Source: Phallusia mammillata
Lineage: Eukaryota
Length of the DNA: 64,000 nucleotides
Direction of reading: 5' to 3'
NCBI GenBank assembly: GCA_965637545.1
Contig: OZ281498.1
Location: forward strand, 3,410,001 to 3,474,000
The stretch's first letter is position 1. Each line of letters begins with the position of its first letter. Under the pieces are notes generated by a model. That model searched no databases and was not told where the DNA came from. It saw only the letters and a list, made by a program, of their open reading frames with translations. The position numbers and the translations under genes were made by a program. Shown here piece after piece: positions 12,657 through 24,600 of the stretch.

Positions 12657-15600
12657 GCAAATAAACCAGCTTGCACAACAACAAGCTCAAAATGCACACA
12701 CAACCTATGGCTCAACACAGCAATTTCAACAACAGCAAAATGTTGCCCAGCAATCCATGAAACAGACCATCACAGTTGTAAGTGTGTTTTTGTAATATTA
12801 CAACCGCTTGCTATTTTATTGCAGTGAATTATTAATTTTTCCTGGAACTCACAGTTTCAAGTGCATATTCAACTGGCAACATGAGGTTTATTATTATTAC
12901 AGTCCCACTAACTGTACTTAACGCCTTGGTATTTTGGCCATGTTGCCTTATTGGTCATAAATATTTGATGTTGTGGAGGCAACAGCCATGTTCAAATTCT
13001 TACCACCATGGCATTTTAGTTTATGTGTTCAAAACATATCAAAAACATGCATTTAATTACATGTTAAGCCATAGTAAAGATGTTTAGGTGGTGTTGGCGT
13101 AAAGAATGTGCTTGACTAACACCAGCAATCTTGTTATTGTGCAGCCAAGCAACACCCCGCATGTTCGCTACGTTCAACCGTGGCCGACCAATGCGTACAC
13201 CCAAATTCCGTATTATCAGGTAGACACAGGCTGGCACATTGCTTTCATTGTTTTCTTTACCTACTTTTAAGTTGGCTTGATACCGTTACCATTGTCAAAC
13301 TGCTTAAGTTGTGAAAACTTTAAGCACTTAAGTCCCAAGTTTTCATTGACCTGTAATAACCCTTTGAAATGTCCAATTAGGAACCAGCGTTTGTTACTTT
13401 TTATTGCCGTTTAAAAAACGCTATTTTAGGCAGCACATTTCTGCAAGCGTTTTAGTTTGGTCTGGTTGCAAATGTAATCACGTTTAATAATCACGTTAAC
13501 GTCATCACAGAGAATGATTTGACGCGACCCTCAATTATATGTCATTTACAGCGGACGTCCTAACTACGCAAAAACCTAATTGCACTGTCCCTGTGTCAAT
13601 TGTAGCAGGAACTTTTGCGAAGGATTGTGGTAAAAACGGCAATAAACCGGACGTTTTGTTTTACTCCTAAAACGTCGAGTGTAACAATATATATAGTTTT
13701 GGGTATCGGTGTTGACCCTACATTGTCTGGCCATTTATCCTTAACTGCAAGAAAAAAAGAAAACGAGATCAACAACCGCAAAAATTTCATTAGGTCTCAT
13801 TTTGAGCGTCTTGAAATCAATATGTCGATATGAATTGTTATCTGACTGTTTAGAAAAGCATCATAAACACATAGTATGCTAAAAGGAAGTGTGACCATCC
13901 AGTTTGGCTATTACACAAATAAAGTTTGTATTGTAATCATCAGTATTTTGTGTCATCTTTTTGTAGCAACCTGGATATGAATCACAGGCCCGTACAGATG
14001 AGATGCCCACTGAATCATCTACTATGTTTGTCCCATCTGCAAATCAAGGCAAGTGGAATTGACAAGTTGACGTGGTCTATCTTCGCAATAATGACGGTGT
14101 CTCTGACAACGGCATGACCACTACTATGCAATATTTAAAGATAAACCTATTTGACTCACGTCATATGTAAATTTTATTTTTTTGCAGATGGCCAAACTGT
14201 CAATGAGTTGGATCAAGGCAAAGCAACAAACGACGCTTCAGCTAAGGAAAGTACGGCTGGCGCAGAGAGGTCCAAGAAAGAACATAGGGGCGAAAAAAAG
14301 AGAAAACCTCCTAAAAACAAAGGTCGTCATGACAACAAGTTCCGGGTTTTACTCTTACAGGTAAAAACTGATCCGTCTGATGTGTGGTTCCCAGCAATAA
14401 ACACGTAAACAGACTTTACATGGCTTTCCTAGGCCTGTTGTGTTTGTTTGCATATCACACGCGTACAGTATACATCTGCTACATGACCTCTTTGACACTG
14501 ATAGTTCATGTTGGTCGTGTTCATCATTTTGCCTTGGTATACACACTTCAAAACCGAATTGTAAAGTTTTATCGAACACAATCTTTGTGTTGGTTCGTGC
14601 AGGGCGCTGTCTGTGTTGCTAAGGTTTTTTGTTGTTGCCTTTTCAGGTCGAAGGAGTGGACAAAAAAACGAAACATGAAACCGAAAGTTTGTCGGGCGAA
14701 GGGAAAGAACTTGAGGCCGAGATTGGTTCCAAGCCTGTCCCAGCAGAGGAGGAAGCTACAACTGACGAAACAGTTCCTGGTGAATCCCAACACTTGTGTA
14801 TTGAGTGTCAGATTGAAGTACAAGGAAACGTAAGTGCCTCCACCGGCCGTGTTCCTGCCCAACACAATAAAACATACGTTTTCATTTATGTCCGAACACA
14901 AAACAGTGGCATATGCCAACTCTTAAACCGTCTTAAATACGAGCAATAAAGATGCTTTCGATTTAACGTATTTGCAAAACGTTTTCCGTAGGAGTTTTGT
15001 CGCTTAAGTATCTTTGCTACCAGCAGTGACAAAGAACGGTGTAATAAATGCAAAAATTTGTAATAAATGGTACCTAACTAGTGGGGGAATATGTTTAATT
15101 TATAGAGGACCGGATAAATTGCATACCGTTCCAACGGACCTCAAAAACTTTGTTTTTCCTTAAATGAATGGATCGTTTAGCAAATTTTGGCGTCGTAATA
15201 TGATTAGGTGTTGAAAACAAATACCAATATATCAAAGTTTTCTCATTCAACGTGCAGTTATTTGTGTTTAAAAATTCAATACAAAAATTTAAAGTGGGTC
15301 TAAATATCCAGCGGTCCCCTTTTATACACCTTCCGAAGTGAACATAACAACGAAATATAAGCTATCTCAAACTTTGTGGCAAATTTCAAGTCCTGTTTTA
15401 AAACTTCAAAAATAAACTACCTGTGTCCCCCTATGAATAGTCAGACAATACTTGGCCACTGGTGATGAGTGCTGTGGTTGTTTGTAGTAGGGACACTTGA
15501 TGCTAGTTTAAATACTACGCTGCTTTATTACTAGCCTTTAACGGATTGTTAATGGCTAAGCTGATCGCATGCTCAAAAATAGTTCAAATAAACGAACAAA

Positions 15601-18600
15601 TTTTGTGAACAGAAATGAGACCTCCTGTTTAATTGCAAACTAAACACCAGTAATTTAACATTGTTCAATGCACTTGTTAATATAATGGGTATCTTTTGGA
15701 TTTTTTCGTGTACTTGGGTGGGGTATTGGCGTTTTGGTCATCCCAAATTTGCAAACACCTAAATATTGAAATACCACTAAACAATCTATACTTTTTTATG
15801 CTTTTATAAATACGTTAAACAATTCAGGATGTACTGCCAAATTTTACAAAAACTGTCATATGCAATATTTCAAAAAGAAACGAATTTAAAGCACTTTAGT
15901 TTGAAACCAAGGATTGAAAAAAAAACTTAGGTCAGCCTTTTCAGCATGTGAAGGCTTCATATTTTTTGGTTTTCAGCTGGAGGGCATTTTCAAAATCGAT
16001 GTAAACACGGAAACAGCAAACGAAACAGCGGTAAGATTGATCGACTCCGAAAAACTAACTGAGGGCAACAAAGAAATTTTTGTAGAGCAGCTGAATGGGA
16101 TTTGCAATAGGGTAGGTGCTATTATTGATTACGTTAACTTTGCGCAATATTTTCTGCACAAGACCAACTCCAGCAACATTAGTGCAGCGAAATGCACGAA
16201 CCTTGCTTGTGAATGTGATTAAAGGCCGATTACAGGGCCGTGTTAAAGCGGAGAACCTGTAAATTGGGGTTAAATGGTTTACAATGTTGATTGTTAGATT
16301 TCAAGCATTTACTTAATGGACATAGTAATCTATATTTGGAAACAAAATCAACTCACTCAAAAACTCCAGCTGTTTTGAAATCCGAGCCACTTTCTCTTTT
16401 GAAAATGTTGCCTCAACGTTAAAACAATAGTTCCTATTATATACAGCTATGTGTAGTCGACACCCAATCCCATACACTAATGTAAAGTCATTCCGAAAGG
16501 TCATCATTGATACACACTGGGTATATTGGCTCGCCGTTGTCACTGGGGTACAGCCTCCATTATACGTTTAACACACTTGTGCAGTAGGTTGAGTGACGAT
16601 AGCTGAAAGAAGGTTCTAATCACATAGTCAGCTATACTACTAGTTGTAGGGACAGCAACACGCTAATGGTGTCCACTGTGTAGCCTCGTAATGTTACCAG
16701 TCCTGTTTTAAAGGCCCTGATTTCTAGTTGAATGGAGGTGGTTAGTATGAAGTGTTGTGAATTTTCTCAGGTGCGCAAGGGTGAATTTGATGGAAAACCG
16801 CGGCTGACCATTGTCAAGTTGAACCGCATCGAGGAAAATCAAGTTGAAGTTGAATGTCAACTTACCACCTACAACTTGAAGACTGTTACGTTCAAGGTAT
16901 TCTGCTTTATATTACCATCTCTTGCTTGTTTGGAATAAATGTTTGGAAATTTTTTTCGCACTTGAATAAATGGCAGAAGTAACGTTCCAAAAAATCTAAA
17001 CAAAAGCTTCGATGCACATATCTAATTTTTGTTTTTGCTAAACTGCTACTTTAGCAGAAAAGTTTATATTTTTGACCCCTTTCGTGGAGCTAGGAATTAT
17101 GCTGCTTTTGTCTTGCAACCAGTGCAGCATGTTCGAAACATATGTCATCCAATTTTCAATTGCACAGTAAACTAGGAAGTAGATACCACAAAGACAGGGA
17201 ATGCATTGTTTTACTACTTATTTTCTGTCGCACAGACTAACATGTATTTCCTTGTTAAAGCCTTTTTAACCCCTACTATTTGTGTCTACAGTTTATTATA
17301 GACGAAGACACTCCCTCTGAGATTGCGGACAGCATGAACCAAGCGAACTATCTTAAGGAAAAGCACATGGAGGTTTTTAAAGAGGAAATCAGATTAGTCG
17401 TTATCAAAGCGAAGGAACTAATAGTTGCCGGTGTTGTCGACATCGACAAACTCAAGCAGGAAGTCTCCTCCTCCGAAACTCTTCTTCCCCTTAACGACTC
17501 CGCATCCACGACGTCTCTTCCCCAACCGGAGGGCGCCAAAGAGCAGGATAGCGCTGCAATTCCTGCTCGACTTGAGGAGATGGGAAGTGAAGTGGATTCA
17601 GTTCTTGGTTCTCCGCGTGTTAACCAAACTGGGGACATCACTGCCGAACAGCAGCTGGACTCAGCCATCAGTTCGCCAACCTCCAACTTAAATGGAAAAA
17701 ACGGTGACGAGGAAGTTACACACATCCCAAGTGACGTCAAACCCACCAGCAGCGCACAAAGTGCCACGGCAATCGCTACCAGCATCGCAGGTTACGCTCT
17801 CCATCGCTCGCCAAGTGGATCAAGCGTCGCCAGCATCGGCAGTGTCGGTAGCGCGGCGAGCTCGACAGCGGCGATGATGCCACAGAACAAGCAGGTGGTG
17901 TCAGGTGGCAGTGTCACTTCAATGGGAAGCACGAAGAGTCAGAATACATACGGCAAGGAAGCCGACACCATGGTGACTAATACGTTTAGCGGTCAGAAAC
18001 CAGCGAACCATGTTCAGGGTGCTCCTTACTCTGCTACACACCCGCCTGCAGGAGTCAGCACTCAGTTGTCACAACCGGTTTCACGAGACCCGTTGCTTCA
18101 CACAGAAAGTGTGGAGATTAGTGAAGATCAGGCCAAGGCCCCGTACAACCCGACCGATACTGTTACAAGTCTTGGTGATTTGGAGACTGGCAGCGAAAGT
18201 GGCGGTCATACCAGCAGCGCGGCATCAGACTTGTCAAAAGGTTTGCCTCAACCTGGAGAGCAAAATCCCGCTGAAAACCAGCCCGCGAACACATCTATGA
18301 CAACTCCTGTAGCCGTCCTTTCGATGGCCCAACCTGTGGTTTTGCCGCAAGCAAATGTTGCTCCCCATAAAGAAAAGCCGAAAGTAATGAACACGAACGA
18401 TTTGGATAAGCAGCTGACAAGGATATTGTCGCATGCTCAGACCGGTTTCTCGCCGACCGAAGTTGGAGTTGTGCCGATTTTGATTCCCGTGGCCGTTCCA
18501 ACAACCGGTGGTCAGCTGACTTCCGACAGCCAATCACCGTTTCCCATTCAAGACATTGACCCCTTGTCAGTCATTACCAAGCTCACCGGGTCGAAAAGTT

Positions 18601-21600
18601 TGAGCAATATGCCAAGCGATAATCCCGAAAATCAATCACAACCCCCTGTGTTGTCCCCGCCTCCTGCCAACCGCGCTACTTCAGAAAGCGAAGTCTTTAA
18701 TAACTCAGTGGTAAAGACCTCCACAGGTACAGCACGTGAAGGTGAATCCACTGAGACCGCCGATATACACACGAGCGCTGCAACAGCCGGTCACGACGTG
18801 GGAAGAATTTCGGACGCTGAGAGTTTGATCGAATCAGTTTCCTCGCAACACTCCGAGCAGACCAAGAAAGAATTACCCGCCGATGAAAGTCACCCAACTA
18901 GTGAGACTCAAGCTCAAGACACCAGCGAACCGTCTCGTTTTAGTCGTTTTCAAGTGACGAAAGTTTCTGACATAAATGCCAATGACGTCAGTGAATCTGT
19001 CGATGACGTAAGCGCTGGAAAACCGGCGGAAAATGCGCAAAGCCCTCCCTTACAGACCTTAGGCAGATTTCAAGTGTTGCCAACTGTTCTACAAACGGAC
19101 GACGAAGACTCACCAACGGACGCAGCATCAACAAGCAGCACTCACCGACAACACAGCTTTGATTCTGACAAACAATCGACGCCTGCGAAGATGCCACCAA
19201 ATTCACAAATCACCAGTGAAGATGCTAACTTTAAGGAAAGCTTCCTCGACACTTCCGAAATATCTGAAAACGCCTTCCCAACGACGACGTTACACCAGCA
19301 GCAACAGCAGCTACAACAACATCAACAACAACAACAATTGCAGCAGCAACAGCAGTATTACGACCGCAACGCATTACAGCCCATATACATTGCTCCCTAT
19401 CCGGAACAAAGTCTCCCGCCCGGCTCTGCCCAACACCAATACAATCAAACTGTGTACGGTTACCCATACTCAAACGGCCCAATGTACCACGATCAGCGAA
19501 TCGACAACCTGCCCTATGGTCAGTCCCTGCCCCTTCCCCTTCACTTTGCGCAGCAACCTCCCAGACAGATGCCGCCCAACGTGCTGCCCACCGGTGACAT
19601 CACGAACAAGGAGAGCCAGTCAGAGACAAGCCTCCTGATGCAAACGGGTGCAGCGCTACGCCAGCGGACGTACAGCAATAATAGTGAGAAGAGCATGTCA
19701 TCATTTGTGGGTGTGTGCCATTTTTTTCGCGAAAACCGCAACTCGGTTTTAAACCAAGAGCTCATTCACTTTACCACGCTTATGGAAGCACAGGTTTTAA
19801 CATGGTTTATCGTAATTTTCAGGTTCCGACCACGGACTTCCGCAAGACGTACCAACCGACTTGTCTTTACCCAAATCCGCTGTAAGTTTCATTAATCTTT
19901 TTTTAGTCGCGTAAACGAGGTTGCATTTTTTGAAGCAGAACATAATACGTGTAAAATAACATAGTCTTTTTGCACTTTTGCAATACTTTGAAACATCCAC
20001 ATGTTTTAATGGTGTGTTTATGACGTCACAGGCACGTGACGCGATGACGCGACATACGTCAACAAGCAGCAAACATTCAAGGTTCGGTGACGATCGGAGG
20101 TCGAAGCTTGTACTTGATTCTCCCACCCCTTCACAACACGGTGATCTGAGCGAAGACGAAACGGATGGAGACGGAATGGAAGAAGATGATATCGATTTCA
20201 AGGACCTGATGAAACGGTAAAATTGTGAATTATGTAATATTGGTTAAACCAACATGCTGGCTGGCAGTTGTAGATCTTTAAACAAATTTGATTCTGCGTT
20301 TTGTGTATAAGTAGGAGATTTTTATAAACATTTGATAGGCGGTAAGCTCAGTTTATCAAATTGTACGAATGACTAAACTAAATGAAAGATTTGCAAAGCG
20401 AAATTGTAAACCTTCCAATAACATTCATATTCTGCTTAATAAGCATGAGGCAGCAACTATTCTTAATTAAATCGCATCATGATGCTGTAATATGTGCATG
20501 TTGTGCAACATATTGTCAAACATGTTACAAAAATAAATTTGAATCTCCCAGCAACATAGCATATAGAAAACTCCGTTAACCTAAACAACCTTTTCCGCAG
20601 CCACCAACGGGAGATTGAGGCGTTGATCCGCAAACACAGACAGCAGCTGGATAAGTTGCGCAAGACCAAGAAACGGCAACGCGTCAAGCAGCAAGCGCAA
20701 AAACAACAACAACAACAATTGCAGCAGCAACAAGCCGCCGCGGCAGCTAACGCTTTTCAAGTTCCCGGGCCTAATAACGGTATGGCTCCCATCGAGCAAC
20801 AGCAGCTACCTTCCCAGTCAACAACGAACTTTGCAGAGAGTGGGAATGGTCGGGCAATGATGGAAGGCATGGTTAATGCTTCAACGTCCCACGTGAGTTT
20901 AATGACCCCGACTGATGCAGACGTTACGTGTTATTTGCAGACCGCGAGCGTCCTTCAGTGAGTGTAACAAACACGCCATAAGGAGCTCGGTTTGCAGACT
21001 ATTAATGCAGTACAGTTACTGAGAGCTCTGCACCAAACGCTCTCAAAAGATATATAGTTGATATATGCAAAAATTTAAACCATACCTATTTCAAACTAGT
21101 ACAAGTAAAAGCTTATGAAACTTTCAAATGACAGATGAAAACTTGCATTTAAATTTGTTATCGCGTGTAAAAATGTAAAACATTGCAAAAAATTCAACAC
21201 AGCTTCCTGTGTAAAATAGTCAGGCATTTTTTGACCGGTATAAAATTTTACACACTTGCTTGTTACTTTAAAATGATATTAATGACAATATCCGCTTACA
21301 TAAACCCGGAAATAATTAGAAATTTCACGAAGCTGAATCACCAACTATGTGCTGGTGCAGAGCACGCCGTACAGACACGCCCACCACTTCCGAATGCCAC
21401 GCCCCCTTTGCAACGTTGCCAACCAACTCGTGATTGGTGGCTAATTTTCAGTCATTACGTAAAACACGATACATTTCCATTAAACTCTATTTTTTTGCAA
21501 AATTTAATGTTTTCGACGGCGTCTTGTTAAGAATCATGTAACATAGTGGTTTCCAACCTGTTTTGACGAATTCCTCCCTTAACAACCCAAAACATTTTAA

Positions 21601-24600
21601 TTCCTTCATAATATACTACATAGTAGATGCTAAACCATATAATTGTATACAAAAACTATTTAAATTTGGATATTTTATCAACTTCACAGGTCGTATTCCC
21701 AGGAGTATTTGTTTACAAACCATATAAAAAACGCAACGTAAATTCCTTCCCTCAAGTTTCAAAAATTCCTCCCGGTTGGGAACCACTGGTGTAACAAACT
21801 GAAATATCAGCGTATATAAATGCTAACATTCCTTATACTGACGGAATTATTTAGTTTTTAACCATTGTTTAGCCAGTAGTTTGACCAATTTAACATATCA
21901 AATCTCTTCTACTTCAGGCAACAGGATCAGTTCCGTCGTCGGAGAAAAACGTTTATTCTCACCATGTTTCGAAACAGGACTCAGTTGAAATGTTGTCATC
22001 ACGAATTAACAGCCAAGTTGCTGAAAACTCGTCAGGTTGGTGACACAGAATTCTAAAAATATTATGTTACATATCAAAATCAATTCACATGGCAAAGCAA
22101 AGTGCTATTGTGATTTATCGCTTTCAACAAATTGTTCTTTGTTAATTTTCTTTTGACAAGCATAACAAACCTAAAGAAGTGTCCAGGAAAATCAATGCCA
22201 CCTCACATTAAGTTATGCACATACCAATAACATATCTAACTTTCGTACCCGGCTAACAACGGCACTTGTATGTATGTATGCTACCAATGCTTCGTAATAC
22301 CACGCTAATAATCATGCTGTCGTTTTTTATTCTTTTCGCTTACTACTTCAGACTTTTAGAACAAAGGTAAACCAAGTTCTGTGATCATGTGACGTTTGTG
22401 TGGGTAAATCATGGCCTGAACGACCTGAATGTTGTCAATAACTTTTGTTCGTGCGCCACCTCCTGTATTCCTGTGTGTGGTGAGCTATTTTTAGACTGTG
22501 CGAAAATGCAGCACAATTTGCATTTAAGAAGCAATTTCCGACAAAATACTTAAAAAACACTTCCCTACCCCAAAGGATTTTGAAGCAACACGTCTCACTT
22601 GGTTACAAGAATGTGGCCCAGAAAAAATGAAATTCAAAGTACCTTAAAAACGCATTTTGATTTTTTGGCATATTTTTTAGCATTTGATACTAAACATTTA
22701 TTTATCCCTAGCTGTGGAAAAGGCACTGTAGTTTAAAAGAATTTTCGGTTGTACACAACTGTTACTCCAAATTGGCTTTTCAGAGTTAAATTAATTCAAG
22801 CATTTATCAAGTAATTGTGTTGTGTTTAATACAAAATGCATGGCATTGTTGTTAACAACACAATGCGCCTGCGTTTCGTCGTAGTTGTTTGTTATACCTG
22901 CACGATCCCCGTCTCGGTAAGACTCCTAACTTTGTCGCTTGCCAAAGATCGCCCCAAATCGCGAACATCCGACCTGACCCTGGAAGCTTACAGCCGAAGT
23001 ATCTCAATGCCAGATGAAATACAAGGCCGCTTTAGGGCTGCAAAATCTTGCGACAGTCGGCCTCCGATCAAAGTGATAAACTCTTCCCCTCCTTCGCACA
23101 ACCCACCGCCTCCTCGCTTCCAAATCGGCGGAGACAACGAGCTCCCAATCCCTCCTCCTCCCAGTCCTCGACGTTGGAGCGAAGTCTCGCTTCATCCCAT
23201 GCAGCATCCAGTCAACATGAGCGATAAATCTTACTTACTCTCCAACGAGTCGTCAGTTCGCCGCTGGAGCGATGTTTCGTCAGTGTTCAAGACCAACCGC
23301 GGGGTTTGGCGAAACCAAAACGCTGGCAACTTTAGAGACGCAACTCCGCTTGATGATTGGGACATCCGTTTTCACCGCACGATGGCACCCGAGGACAGCA
23401 ACGGTGAAGACTGGTGACGTGGCGACGCTTACTTTTGCTGTGGCACGTGCTGAGTCATTGCAAGTCTTGAACAAAATGCATGCGGAATATCTATGGAATG
23501 CGTCTCTTAGTTGTCTGTAGTGAAGCAATCAGTCGAGTGCAATTAATTCCATATTACGCGTGTTATGCGGTGCCATTTAAACGCGCTTTTTTTTGCAGAA
23601 GCATATGCTTGGCCTTGCCTATTGCAATCGCCTGCTTATAATAATCTAACCCACAGCGTAATCATTTTCCGACAGGTGGCGATCTTGTTCCGCGTTTTCG
23701 CCAGCGAAGGCCGGCGTCGCTGAGGCTTCGGCGGCAATCGGCCGTTCCTGCCCCACCAAGCTTTTCAAGCTCGGGCCCTTCCTTGGAGCAGGGCCCACGC
23801 ACTGCAGGCTTCAACGACGTGTCTTCGGTGTTTGAGGCGTCGTTTCGAAGTGAGAACATTGGGGCGTATCTCGAGTCGATTCAAGGTGTCCGCCGCACGT
23901 AGTTGAGCTTGTTTGCCCGAAAAATACATAACATAACACGGCCAGCAAGTTTGGCGGCCTTTAATTATTCATGGAGTGCTTCGTAGAGACGTTTCATGGA
24001 GATGTTTTGCAAGTGGCCGTTTTGTCGCTTGTCAGGGGCCCCGCTTAGCCGATATTCTGTCACATGCAAAATGCCTGTTTGATGACGGGTGCATCTGGCA
24101 GTTGATCGGCTTATGACGTAATATCTCAGTGATTTTACTTTTGTGCTGAACAATTCTTCACCCAACAATTTGCCAACGATTAGCTGCATGTCAATTTGTG
24201 AACGAAACCCTAGGTTAATTGTTCACTTCGCGTATTACATAGCACTACCTTCGTGGCAATTTCGGCAATTCGACATCTCAATGCAACGCTTAGGCTTTAG
24301 TTACGGTGATAGAATAGCGTCAGGTGGTGGTGAACTTCTTTAGTTCAGTCTGTACTACTTTCTTTATCCTTTACCGGACGCTTGTTGTCTTTTCTTCTTT
24401 TTATCACCTGATCTATTTTGCTTCTCCGCAGAACACGTCGTGTTTCGGTGAACTCGACTTCACCACTTTATTTTCTTCAGCGGACGAGGTACCTCTTAGC
24501 AATGCAAACATCCCAGTGTGTTACCACTTTAACCCATTCAAACCTGGCATTGCTTTACCGTAACATGGATCGCATCGCAATAGCTACAAATGTCCATCTT

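Noticed and set aside
17348-17785. Long antisense and alternate-frame ORFs over the big WNK exon (likewise 25409-26321, 50882-51208, 52397-52738)
   Set aside because: Shadows of low-complexity coding exons on the opposite strand or other frames.
21361-21429. GC-rich 69-nt symmetric candidate WNK exon ([23 protein letters not shown])
   Set aside because: Poor polypyrimidine tract and weak donor (CTC|GTGATT); cannot be supported without transcripts.
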